Below, piece after piece: positions 51,615 to 64,000 of a stretch of DNA of 64,000 nucleotides. The first letter of the stretch is position 1. Each line of letters begins with the position of its first letter. Made by a program: the position numbers and the translations under genes. The stretch lies in assembly GCA_051294375.1 (NCBI GenBank), contig JBJCIZ010000358.1, positions 18,146-82,145 of the forward strand. Direction: 5' to 3'. The notes under the pieces were generated by a model. That model made no database searches. It was not told where the DNA came from and worked only from the letters and a program-made list of their open reading frames with translations. Source of the DNA: Paraspadella gotoi. Its lineage: Eukaryota > Animalia > Chaetognatha.

Positions 51615-53048
51615 TAGGAGTCTACGTCGTTCTAGAGATCGAGGAAACTTTTTTCAATGGAGATTTTCGTTCAAATCTGACTACCAAACAATATAAACGC
51701 TCCTGGATAAAATTTCTGGTAAAATACGATGTAAAAACACTTATTCCGATCCTGTTGCATCTGAAGGGCTCGCATTTTTTTTTCTCTTGTCAAATCATCA
51801 ACATCTTGATATCAAACAAGCCAGAACAAATAGACTGCTTCTGGATGAAAAATTTTCCATCTCTGATTTTATATAGAAATGAAAGGGATTTTATTTCTTG
51901 AAAACGAATATAAACGTGACTGATGTATGTTTCCCTTAGGACTAAGCTCTGACGAACAAGCCAGAGGTTTTTTTAATATATTCTTATACCCGGCCAAGGT
52001 AGAATGATGGCAATATTGTTAATATTAAGTTTCAAAAAAATCCTACCATAAATATAGAAATATTAACCAAAATATTCGGAAAATTGACCCTTTCATTGGA
52101 AGATTTTCTCCATAGAAGATTTTTCCCGAATCTTGACGCCCCGGTTGAAACTCTTAGAATTCCGTCATTAGCTCCTATTTTACTTTTACTTTAAATAAAA
52201 ATTTCAACCAAAATGGACTAATTCACTTTCCCATGATCGTATCATATCAAAATAACTAAATAAATGTAAAGAAAAATTTTGAGAGCCCTTCAGACATATG
52301 GCTATCGATTCCTGAATTTGAAGTTATTGTAAATCACAACATATGTTAAATGCGTTGACATTGTATTGAAGTTGAGAATCCCTTTATTTTATATATAAAA
52401 TTGCGTCGAAAATATTTTCCCGAGCGGACCAGTCCATTTGAATCTGATGGTTTTATATCAAAATGATGGTTATTTGTTAAGAAAAAAAAATGCGAGCTTC
52501 AAGATGCAAACAGGATCGGAATCGAGTGTTTTTACATCTGTTTTTTACCTGAATTTTCCCAGGGCGTTGACATTATTTGGTAGTCAGATTTTAATGAAAA
52601 TCTCCATTGAAAAAGTCCTCGATTTCTAAGAACGACGTAGACTCCTATGTTCCTGTTCAACAAATGAGGTCCAATTTTGGAATCCTTTGGCAAAAGTGTC
52701 CGAAGGGCTCTCAAATTTTCTTTACATTTATTTGGTTATTTTTGATATTGATACGATCATGGTAAAGTGAATAAATAAAATTTTACAAAATGGACTAAAG
52801 TAAAAGTAAAAGAGGAGCTAACGATCGGAATTCTAAGAGTTTTCAACGGGAGTCAGATTCTGGAAAAATCTTCTTTGAGAAAAATCTTCCAAAGAAGGGG
52901 TGGATTTTCCGAAGATTTTGGTTAATATTTTCTATATTTATGGTCGGATTTTTTTAAAACTTAATATTAACAATATTGCCATCATTCTACCTTAGCCGGT
53001 TAAGAATATATTAAAAAAACTCGGGCTTTTCGTCAGAGCTTAGTCCTA
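51615..53048. mobile_element. Family B hATw-like element (TAGGA...TCCTA, 7-bp TSD CAGTAAG) containing an inverted family B copy at 51937-52647 (TSD TGTTCCT)
   Basis: cagtaag|TAGGAGTCTACG...GCTTAGTCCTA|cagtaag; inner element TAGGACTAAGC...GTAGACTCCTA|tgttcct. Confidence 0.85.
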
Positions 53049-54017
53049 CAGTAAGCAAATTATTTTTTTAAATTTTTTCATCTGATTGAAGGTAAAAAAG
53101 TTAAAATATGGTAAACGAAAATTTGGAAGGGGAGAGTTACTTGTTAATATGTTAGTTTTCCTGTCATGAACAAAATCTTAAGTTAAATAGATGGTAAAGA
53201 AATTAGAGCTACAATGGAAAAGAAGAGTTGTAGTAGAACTAAATTTCTAATAGTCGATCCAAATCTTTTTTCATAATATTTTTATATTGGCCTGTGGATT
53301 TAGAAGAAATAGACCAAAAACAACCAAAATTCCTCTCCCTTTTTTCAACATCTCGCTTTTTAAGATTTTCGCCGATTCTGACTTCCTCTTACTTATACTT
53401 ATAATTCTCGCCTCGTTAATTTTTTTTTCTTAAACGAGCAAGGGAATCCACAACTTTTTTTATGATTTCTGGGTAAAAAATATAATAAATTACATTAACT
53501 TTGGGATATTATGAAAGTTAATATCTTATGAAGCCTGTGAGAGTTAAATAATTAAAAAAATTGCTCATTATTATTGAAAAATAACATCAAAGTAACAAGT
53601 TGATTGTCTTCTTTGTGGATTCCCTTCGCTCGTTTAAGAAAAAAAAATTAACGAGCGGAATTATAAGTATAAGTAAGAGGAAGTCAGAATCGGCGAAAAT
53701 CTTAAAAAGCGAGAATGTTGAAAAAAGGGAGAGAAATTTTGGTTGTTTTTGGTCTATTTCTTCTAAATCCACAGGCCAATATAAAAATATTATGAAAAAA
53801 GATTTGGGATCGACTATAGAAATTTAGTTCTACTACAACTCTTCTTTTCCATTGTAGCTCTAATTTCTTTACCATCTATTTAACTTAAGATTTTGTTCAT
53901 GACAGGAAAACTAACATATTAACAAGTAACTCTCCCCTTCAAAATTTTCGTTTACCATATTTTAACTTTTTACCTTCAATCAGATGAAAAAATTTAAAAA
54001 AATAAATTTGCTTACTG

Positions 54018-55460
54018 TAGGACTAAGCTCTGACGAACAAAGCCCGAGTTTTTTTAATATATTCTTATACCGGCTAAGGTAGAATGATGGCAATATTGTT
54101 AATATTAAGTTTTAAAAAAATCCGACCATAAATATAGAAAATATTAACCAAAATCTTCGGAAAATCCACCGCTTCTTTGGAAGATTTTCTCCATAGAAGA
54201 TTTTTCCAGAATCTGACTCCCGGTTGAAAACTCTTAGAATTCCGATCGTTAGCTCCTCTTTTACTTTTACTTTTAGTCCATTTTGGTAAAATTTTTATTT
54301 ATTCACTTTACCATGATCGTATCATATCAAAATAACCAAATAAAATGTAAAGAAAAATTTTGAGAGCCCTTCGGACACTTTGCCAAAGGATTCCAAAATT
54401 GGACCTCATTTGTTGAACAGGAACATAGGAGTCTACGTCGTTCTTAGAAATCGAGGACTTTTTCAATGGAGATTTTCATTAAAATCTGACTACCAAATAA
54501 TGTCAACGCCCCTGGGAAAAATCAGGTAAAAAACAGATGTAAAAACACTCGATTCCGATCCTGTTTGCATCTGAAGGGCTCGCATTTTTTTTTCTCTTAA
54601 CAAATAACCATCATTTTGATATAAAACCATCAGATTCAAATGGACTGGTCCGCTCGGGAAAATATTTTCGACGCAATTTTTATATATAAAATAAAGGGAT
54701 TTCTCAACTTCAATACAATGTCAACGCATTTAACATATGTTGTGATTTTACAATAAACTTCAAATTCAGGAATCCGATAGCCATATGTCTGAAGGGCTCT
54801 CAAAATTTTTCTTTACATTTTATTTAGTTATTTTGATATGATACGATCATGGAAAGTGAATTAGTCCATTTTGGTGAAATTTTTATTTAAAGTAAAAGTA
54901 AAATAGGAGCTAATGATCGGAATTCTAAAGTTTCAACCGGGCGTCAGATTCGGGAAAAATCTTCTATGGAGAAAATCTTCCATGAAAGGGTCAATTTTCC
55001 GAATATTTTGGTTAATATTTTCTATATTTATGGTAGGATTTTTTTGAAACTTAATATTAACAATATTGCCATCATTCTACCTTGGCCGGTATAAGAATAT
55101 ATTAAAAAAACCTCTGGCTTTGTTCGTCAGAGCTTGTCCTAAGGAACATACATCAGTCACGTTTATATCGTTTTCAAGAAATAAAATCCCTTTCATTTCT
55201 ATATAAAATCAGAGATGGAAAATTTTTCCATCCAGAAGCAGTCTATTTGTTCTGGCTTGTTTGATATCAAGATGTTGATGATTTGACAAGAGAAAAAAAA
55301 TGCGAGCCCTTCAGATGCAACAGGATCGGAATAAGTGTTTTTACATCGATATTTTACCAGAATTTTACCAGGAGCGTTTATATTGTTTGGTAGTCAGATT
55401 TGAACGAAAATCTCCATTGAAAAAGTCTTCCTCGATCTCTAAGAACGACGTAGACTCCTA
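54018..55460. mobile_element. Mirror copy of the nested family B pair (inner copy 54426-55141)
   Basis: cttactg|TAGGACTAAG...GACTCCTA|cttactg; inner aggaaca|TAGGAGTC...GTCCTA|aggaaca. Confidence 0.8.
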
Positions 55461-56624
55461 CTTACTGATTTAACTTTTATACTTTTGTAATTTAATGATT
55501 AAAAAACAAGAATGGTAATTCAAATGTGTTGCGCCGCAGTAATGTATTTCTTGTAACATGATATGTAGCAAGATCACGAGTTTCGCGAGAGGGAGGATCA
55601 GGTTTCCAAGAATTTCGGCTTTTTTTATGGTCTTGCTTCGATTCGAACGGCATGCCGTAATAAATAGTATAAAAATGGGCATATTCGAAAGCGTGGCGTC
55701 TTGGAAGCCCTTGCCGGTGGAGCGAGAGAAAAATTCGGTCATTTTGACATAAAAGAAATGAACTAAAGTGGACTGGTTTTACTGTTTTTTTGCTTCATCT
55801 AACTTGATCGTTCTACTAACCTATGTTGATTATTTTTTGTCCTTACACATTCTGATAGATTGGCATCTTGCCAAAGACAGAGTATATTAATTTTTTTATA
55901 TTTAAGCTTAACAATCAAAATGAATTGGTTTTTCTGCCATTTATTCGACGTCACGCCGATAGTATTTTTTACTTTTTATTTTCCCTTCGGCAAGATTGGG
56001 GTTTTATCTTCTGGGTGGAGCGCACGAAAAATTCAAGTGTTTTTTTAAAAAATCCGAAGAAAACAAAGGGCTTTTGTTTCGATTAACATTTTATATTGGA
56101 CCCGACTGAGCATAATGACTCTACCGTTAAACCCAAATCCGAAAGCCATGAGCTTGCGACGAGCAATCGCGGTTTCCGAAAGAGAGGATTTTGGTGGCTC
56201 GTTTGTTTTGAAACATCATTCTCGAGGTACTTTTTTTGATGGAATTTTTAAAAAATTTAATATAATATTGGTTATTTATTAAGTATTTATCAATTTGTGG
56301 ATAATTCGCGTTCTTTAGAAGAAGAAAATGGTTAGATATGTCGCTCCGCGCTAAGAAAGAAATACGAAAGAACGAAGCGGTTTCTGATAATTTTGGTTCC
56401 TAGCAATTTTTGCATATGTAAATATAGCCTACTGCAAAAATTAAAAAACATAAAATGAATTTTTTTTACAAATTAATGTTCACTGATGGTATGTTGTTCA
56501 TAATTGACTTTTAGAATTTTCTTATGTAACTTTCACTTCGCCTTAATGCTCATCCCCATATTTATATTTAAAAGTTGCAGTTTGAACAAATGTAATTCAA
56601 TCTTACTCATAATTTATTTTTCAG

Positions 56625-56820
56625 ACTCTCGGCGATGGTGGGATGGTGAAGGCTACTCTTCAAAGCAAAAAAGCGACATCGCTGACTGATGAAGGTCATC
56701 AGGTTTTGGTGAATGGAAGTCACGAAGCGCTTGTATGGGGATGTGTCCCCGACGAGGGCGTCGACCAGAAGACTCTCATGGAAAAAGTAGGCACCATCGG
56801 AAAAGTTGGATTCGCAAAAG
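56625..56820 (+). CDS. FARSA: Phenylalanyl-tRNA synthetase alpha subunit, coding exon 2
   Basis: tttttcag|ACT CTC... encodes TLGDGGMVKATLQSKKATSLTDEGHQVLVNGSHEALVWGCVPDEGVDQKTLMEKVGTIGKVGFAK, matching the FARSA motif LT.EG.....GSHEA.V...IP.EG..Q..LM....GKVGFSK. In frame with exon 1; phase-1 donor AAG|gtgtgt. Confidence 0.93.
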
Positions 56821-58182
56821 GTGTGTTTTTTTTTCCTTTTTGGCCGAATTAACAGAGACGAGAACTCGACTCAATAAACCCTATCCTGAATATCAAAATT
56901 TATTTTTAGCCTAAAAGACGAGTTAGTACCTGTATTAATAATTTATATAAATATTAAGTGTGCTCATTTATATTATAATCATTTTTAATATTTAATTATT
57001 ATTTTTTAACCATGTATACTAGGCCTTAGCAAATTTTTCAAACTTTTTTACAGAATTTAGCACTATAGTACAAATTAGTCCCCTATATGCTACTCTGGGT
57101 TGGCAAAAACCTGGGTTTGTTTGGGTTTTTTTGGATTCCGTTCGAATCTGACTGCCCAACTTTACAAATGACATTGGGAGAAATTCCGGTAGAAAACAGT
57201 TGTAAAAACGCACGATTCCGATAGCGTTGCATCTCAAGAGCTTGACTTTTTGTTTTTGTAGCATTTGATAAAGAATTTACTACTAAACAAGCCTGGGGAA
57301 ATGAACTACTCATCTCCGGAGGATTTTCAAAACTCATTTTTACTATAGAAATGAAAGGGAAATTTCACTTTTTTAAAATTACAAACGGGATTACAGTATG
57401 TTAGCATTATAAATGGTACTTCAAATTATGATATTTCAAAAGCCTCGTGTCCCAAGAGCTCGACTTTTTTTCCTTTTTAGTATTGACCATTTTTTTCATA
57501 ATAAACCATCCTGGTAAAGTGAATTGGTCCAGTTTTCATCACGAATTTTTTATTTAAAAAGAAATTAAAAGGAAGGTTGAGAAGAAAAACTGATTTTTCC
57601 TAATATCTTTTGAAAGAACAAAGATAAAGGGATGGCAATAGTACCAAAATGAAGCCATAATCATAGGGCACATACAAGTGGGGGTGCCAGTCGTTTCGAA
57701 ACTAGACGTATTTCCTATATAAATTTAGTACCGTTGGAAAAAGAATTGCGAAATTAGCCGAAATCCAAAATTTCATGTAAATCGGACGACGCGTTCAAAA
57801 GTAATCGGCAAAAAAAGACCGTAAAAAACGCAGTCGCGAGGGATCAACTCGCGCTATTTAAACCGTTTCCGTTTTGGATCTACAAAGAAAGTACTACGTA
57901 GTTCAAATCATTAGAACGCCGAACTTCAGCGTAAGCCTCGTATGCGTGTTTAGGGCCTCATAAGAATTAATTTTAACTGCTGAAGCCTCGGACGAAAGAG
58001 TAATAACACCCATGTAAACGAAATAAAAGGAAAATAATTTTATTTTTTATACAAATTAAGCATAAATAAACTAAAAATCTTGAAATAAAAACAGTATAGC
58101 AAAAAATTATAGCCAAGAAAAGATTAAATTTAAGTAAAAAAATGCACGTTGGAAAGGTTTCACCGTGATTAACTTTTGAGCA

Positions 58183-58403
58183 CAGGGTTGCACATTTGTG
58201 TGATAGTAGAATTGAACAATTATTTTTATAACTATTGCTGTATCGACGGTGGCGAGCGTCGCCGTAGGGGGAGATGGCTCAACGTCAAAACATTTTTTTC
58301 GGCTCCAGCTCCGGCTCCAGCTCCGGCAAAATAAAAATTCTGGCTCCGGCTCTGGCAAAAAAAGCTCGGCTCCGGCGGCTCCAGCTTCGGCTCCACATCC
58401 CTG
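58183..58403. mobile_element. Short hAT-like MITE remnant with GGCTCC hexamer repeats
   Basis: CAGGGTTG...CATCCCTG ends and a subterminal (GGCTCC)n array; no TSD match found. Confidence 0.45.
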
Positions 58404-58708
58404 CGAGCGACAATAGAAAAAGTACAGCATTTAAATATTTCGCTATCGGACCTGATCGACAGCACTTGTAAATTTTACCCTAGCACTTGATCCGGTTATT
58501 TTTTGATGAATGCAAACATACAGTTTACAATTGTTTAAATGCAATAAACAATAGTAAAATACATATCAAACAAAAGGTATAATTGAGTAGTTTACAAAAA
58601 TACAATGATCATAATTGTACATCGAATATTTTACAAGTAATTATTAAAAACGTTTCAATTTTCAGAGGTTGAGAAATCTTTCAGTCTGTGCTTTTTCTTT
58701 AAGCTCTC

Positions 58709-60067
58709 CACGGTAGGGCAGAGAGGATGTGAAAGAAACAAAAAAAGTACCATCTCTGAAACCTATAAAATCTTAAAGTATACCCATGAAACACTTAATG
58801 TGGTATGTCAGTAAAATTCGATAAAGGCAGGTTTTTTTTAAATGCTAATTACATTTTTTGAAATTTTTTTATAAAAATTTTAAGTAGTTTAGTGAATATG
58901 CTTACAATTTTAATGTTTATACATCTATCATTATCTACAGAGCATAAGCTTTAATTTGAGACCTCTCCCAACTTTCTACAATTTTTTGTTATTAAATTAT
59001 AAGTAAAAATCATAATTTTTAAAAAAAAATTATTAATTATTCAGTTCTGTCAAACAGATTATTTTTTAAAAATAAAAGTACAAATATGTACTCAAAATGC
59101 AGTTCTACTTATTAAGCCTTTAAGGGAACCCAGTGATCGAGGGGGGTCAGGGGGGGTAAAAGGCTGATATCATAACGTTTGGTCCTTCAATCTCCCCCGA
59201 TTCCAAAAATGTAATTCTTTTTTCTCTAGTCCAATGGTCCAGTGGTCAAAAAATTCGATGTTGTCAGCTGGCCTAATTTTTGTTTAAAAATTCGGTAAGA
59301 GGCAATCTTTTCCAGTTTCGATTTTTTTTTTTTCACGTTAAGATGGTATAGAATTTATTTTTTGTTTCCAACTTTACACTAAAAATTATTCTTGAAATCC
59401 GACAATGACGACACCGAACATAATGAAAAAGACGAAAAACATAAAAACCAATAGAATAGAGATGACGAAACGACGACGAAGACGAAAAAATGATAACAAA
59501 CAAAAACGACGAAACGTCGACGAAAATGATAACAAAGACGACAACAACAACAAAAACGATGATGAAAGCCAACAACAGACGATAACAACAACGATGAAGA
59601 CGACAACGACGAAGATGACAACAATAACAACAACGACGAAAACAACGACGAAGACGACAACAATAACAACAACGACGAAAACAACGACGAAGACGACAAC
59701 AAAAACATTAAAGACGACAACAATAACGATGACCAAAACGAAAACGCCAAAAACGACAACGAAGAAGATGACAACAACGACGACAAAAACGACAACAAAG
59801 TCGATGAGAAAACGACAACGAAAACGAAGAGACGATGACAAAAACAACGTAAGATGCGACGAAGACAACGACGACGACGGAAAACAATGAAGACGACGAC
59901 AAGGAAAACGACGAAAATGACAACGGAACGATGACAAAAACGACGACGAAAATATACTGTAAAACGACGACAAAAAACGACCGACGACGCAGACGACGAA
60001 ATGACGGTGATAATGACGACGACGGTGAAGACGACGACGACGAAACTGTGTGTATGTTAAAGAGAGG

Positions 60068-60101
<34 letters not shown>

Positions 60102-60653
60102 CAGAGAGAGAGAGAGAGAAAGAGAGAGAGTCATCGTTTAAATTGAACGAACTTTCGTGAATAATCACTGGATTTAAACGGGTCTCCAATATATTTTAAC
60201 GGTGATTCATTTCGAAGTTTGAGACGTAATGGTAAAGGTAATCTATTTTAATCGGATTGGTTTATTATTCCATACAATTCGTCGTTTTTCAGTACGAATT
60301 TGGCTTTTGTTGTTATTGAAACTTCTATAGGACTTTACTTCATACGAGAATAAAAACAAATGAAAATTCATAGGAGTGATCATGGTTCAAGTTTCCAATT
60401 ACGATAAAAAAGCAGAAAAATACAATTACTATTTAAGCTTTCAATATTACAAATTATTACTTAATTCATGTATTAAACTTTATTATTTTCTAAATTTTTT
60501 TTTTTTTTTTTGATTCGGAAAGAATTTTAGAAAAGAAATCGGTGAAGACGACGACGAGGAAAATGACAGTGAAAACGACGTTGACAAAAACGACGACGAT
60601 GAAAAACTGACTGTGAAGACGAAGACAAAACCAACTTTCTCTCTCTCTCTCTC

Positions 60654-60716
<63 letters not shown>

Positions 60717-61560
60717 TCTCTCTCTCGGCGACTTCGACCAAAAAAAATTCAGGAAAAACGCAACGAATATGAAAAAATAATAAAATAATAAAAAGATAAT
60801 TAATTTTATTTTTTAAATATGTAATATTTAATTAAAATTTAATCTCAAATAAACTAACAGATAAATATTAGCTGAGCACTTTAATTCAAAATCATATCCA
60901 GCTTTTAAAAATAAATATATGTTTTATTACTTATTAAAAAAAAAATTATTTATAAAATTATATTATAATAATAGCTCACTCAATATTTGATATATATTAT
61001 TAATAGACAAATGTGTATAAATATTAACAAACATAATGCTTTAACTTTTAATACTTAATTAAAGTATATATTAATATTTTTTTAAATATTTTTTTAATTT
61101 TTAAGATTTTTTATATTAAAATTATTATTAATTAAAAAAAATATTTTGAATCCTAATAAGTAGAACTGCATTTTGAGAACATATTTGTATCTTTATTTTT
61201 AAGAAATAATCTGTTCAAAGATACTAATTGATTAATCTTTTTGAAAAAAAAATTCTAATTTTTACTTATATTTTAATAACGAAAAGTAATAGAAAGTTGG
61301 GAGAGGTCTCAAATTAAAATTTATCCTTTGTAGATAATGATAAACATATAGACATTCAAATTGTAAGCATATTCATTAAACTACTTAAATATTTTTAGAA
61401 AAAAATTTTAAAAACTTTAATTAGCATTTAAAAAAATCCTGCCTTTATGGAATTTTACTAACTTACCACATTAAAAGTCTCATGGGTATACTTTAAGATT
61501 TTATAGGTTTCAGAGATGGCACTTTTTTTGTTTCTTTCACGTCCTCTCTGCCCTACCGTG
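58709..61560. mobile_element. Long-TIR (~410 bp arms) element with Transib-like CACGGTA ends
   Basis: 58709-59115 is inverted at about 61157-61560; ends CACGGTAGGGCAGAGAGG / CCTCTCTGCCCTACCGTG. The flanking 5-mers do not match. Confidence 0.65.
59400..60130 (+). repeat. Low-complexity (ACG/ACA/AAG)n and (GA)n tract
   Basis: Degenerate trinucleotide repeats; source of the Thr-, Val- and Ser-rich pseudo-ORFs. Confidence 0.9.
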
Positions 61561-62076
61561 GGGTGACTCAGCGAGAGAAAGAATTAAGCCTCCGTCAGGA
61601 TCGGGATCGACAGAAACGATGATGATAGTTTGAACGATGGAGGAAGCAGTTGCGACGGTGAGAGCGACGACAAAAAGTGATGCATAAAACGACGATGGAA
61701 GCAGCAAAAGATACAATTATTGTGCGCGTGTTTGAGTCCGCTGCTTCAGGAGCCGNNNNNNNNNNNNNNNNNNNNNNNNNNNNNNNNNNNNNNNNNNNNN
61801 NNNNNNNNNNNNNNNNNNNNNNNNNNNNNNNNNNNNNNNNNNNNNNNNNNNNNNNNNNNNNNNNNNNNNNNNNNNNNNNNNNNNNNNNNNNNNNNNNNNN
61901 NNNNNNNNNNNNNNNNNNNNNNNNNNNNNNNNNNNNNNNNNNNNNNNNNNNNNNNNNNNNNNNNNNNNNNACTACTACTAATAAATAAAAGTAATAATCA
62001 CTATGAAACACGAACAGTTAAAATTAATCACGAATAAATACTTATGAATATATGTTAATGACATAACCATTAAATG

Positions 62077-62259
62077 TAAGCAGTCCCTGAGCTTCGGATC
62101 AGGCTGTGACACCGTGTTACAGGCGGGTTAAGCGCCCCGTTCCTCTTAACTGCTAGGCGACCACCGGGCAAGAACCCCGGACCTTTGGATTGGGAGGCGA
62201 ATAATTTGCCTCCGGCACCAATGGCCGCTGATGAACGGTTGGTGGATTTTAGTTTACCA
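62077..62259 (-). ncRNA. tRNA-Gly(CCC)-like head (62228-62156) plus twister-like ribozyme (62155-62077); copy 2, complete
   Basis: 73-nt head with acceptor stem GCGGCCA/TGGTCGC, T-arm CCGGG-GTTCTTG-CCCGG and loop CTCCCAA (anticodon stem degenerate). It is followed by the same twister-like block as 23189. Confidence 0.7.
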
Positions 62260-64000
62260 TACTTAATAAATACTGAAGAAATACTTAAGAAATACTTAAG
62301 AAATACGGGAGACGACGGAGACGTATAAGACAATGAAAAATAATGTGGCGAAATGGTCTCGTGCTGATTTTGTCTCTTTAAAATTGTTTCTGAGCTAAAT
62401 TAATTGATTGTTACTTTTGGTAATATGTGCGAAATACACTACTAGACATTACTGTGTCTGACCATAACCCTTGACCATCAACAAAAAAGCTAACTAGATC
62501 AAAAATAGTAAAAAAGATAAAGCAATATAGCTCGAAACGCTTACAAAATTTTAAACCATTGCTTTTATAAATTCAAAAAGAATATTAATATTATTAAAAC
62601 AAAACTTTAACAATAACTTAATAGTTAACCGAGACCAAGATGAATATTTTTTACCCATCATTTTTTCAATTTATATGAATCATTATTGATAGTCATCTGG
62701 ATTTTACAATAACACGGGTTAAAGGGGCACTTTTAATTGTAAACATAAAGTTTATTATCAGAAGATAATCACGAGCAACAATTGGGAAAAATACATTGTA
62801 TGGTGGNNNNNNNNNNNNNNNNNNNNNNNNNNNNNNNNNNNNNNNNNNNNNNNNNNNNNNNNNNNNNNNNNNNNNNNNNNNNNNNNNNNNNNNNNNNNNN
62901 NNNNNNNNNNNNNNNNNNNNNNNNNNNNNNNNNNNNNNNNNNNNNNNNNNNNNNNNNNNNNNNNNNNNNNNNNNNNNNNNNNNNNNNNNNNNNNNNNNNN
63001 NNNNNNNNNNNNNNNNNNNNNNNNNNNNNNNNNNNNNNNNNNNNNNNNNNNNNNNNNNNNNNNNNNNNNNNNNTAAATATCTCGCGATCGGACCTGATCG
63101 AAAGCAATGGTAAGTTTTACCCTTACACTTGATCCGGTTGTTTGTTTAAACTAACAAACATACAATTTACGAATTAATAAATGCAATCAACCATGACGAA
63201 TTATACATCAAACGAAAGGTACAATTTTGTAGATTCTAGAAATACAATGATATTAATTGTACATAAAAAACTTTACAAGTAACGGCGAAAAATGTATTAA
63301 TTTTCAAGGAATTCAAAATCTTTGAGTCTGTGCNNNNNNNNNNCCAGTCATAATTCAACGATGAATTCGCCATGTCATTTTTAAATGCACCATTGGTCCG
63401 TTAAAAGTCGCTGTCTTTAGTCCTTTGTTGCTTTGACAACAAAAGAACATACTCAAAAGCCATGGCTCGCGACCAGAACGCCCGTAACAAAGAATATATA
63501 CAATATATAATTTATAATATATACATATATATATAAAATATATATAAGATATATATATATATAAGATATAATTTTAAAAAATCTATTTAAAGAAGTTCAG
63601 CGGGAAAGATGTTGCATAATAAACGAGTCACCAAAATCCTCTTTCGCAAACCGCGGTTGCTCGTCGCAAGGCCATGGCTTTCGGATTTGGATTCGCGGTA
63701 TAGTAAATTATGCGCGTTTGGGTCCAATATAAAATGTAAAACGAAGCAAAAGCCCTTTGATTTCTTCGGATTTATTTTAACGAAAACGAAAATCGAAAGT
63801 AGAGACCCTGGGCTCTCTTCCGGTGTATTCAAAATATACATTTTTTGATGGCTTGAGGTCGGAATTAACGGTTAAAAAAGTTGTTTATTTGATTACCTAA
63901 ACAAGCAATCAAGCTTGGAATTTTTTTTTCATTTTTTTAGTCCGGTGCTTGGAGGAGACTAAATGCCTTCTATATATAAAGTCAAAGTGTTCTTTTGTTG

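Larger units (their letters stand above)
50596..56491. repeat. Giant inverted duplication (~2.86 kb arms, ~160 bp spacer)
   Basis: 50596-53453 is the reverse complement of 53613-56491, with mostly single-base indel differences. Confidence 0.9.

Noticed and set aside
59333-60189. Thr-rich mucin-like and Val/Ser-rich ORFs
   Set aside because: Trinucleotide low-complexity tract inside a TIR element; open in several frames on both strands, with no splice or homology support.
62156-62228. Functional tRNA-Gly gene
   Set aside because: The anticodon and D stems are disrupted and the T-loop is non-canonical; treated as a tRNA-derived head.
61595-63132. ORFs containing long X runs
   Set aside because: Artefacts of translating N gaps.

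Overview
AT-rich eukaryotic (invertebrate-like metazoan) genomic DNA dominated by nested transposable elements, with several N gaps and signs of long-read gap-filling. Two host genes lie head-to-tail on the + strand. The first is a GGA-family clathrin adaptor, seen as its last two exons (GAE domain; 19317-19518 and 31936-32037). The second starts 354 bp downstream: cytoplasmic phenylalanyl-tRNA synthetase alpha subunit (FARSA; exons 32392-32517 and 56625-56820, 24.1 kb intron 1). The introns and flanks contain: Helentron-associated HINE/DINE-like elements with an 18-19 bp minisatellite; self-nesting TAG...CTA elements with 7-bp TSDs (hATw-like); an 8-bp-TSD hAT; TTAA-flanked Kolobok-like elements; three Transib-like families with RSS-like ends (heptamer, ~22 nt spacer, A-rich nonamer); Penelope-type minimal hammerhead ribozymes; and decayed gypsy and BEL/Pao retrotransposon pieces. 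The most unusual object is a two-copy ~170-185 bp element made of a tRNA-Gly-like Pol III head joined to a circularly permuted twister-like ribozyme with a covarying pseudoknot. All family assignments come from reading by eye and recalled consensus features; no database searches were run.
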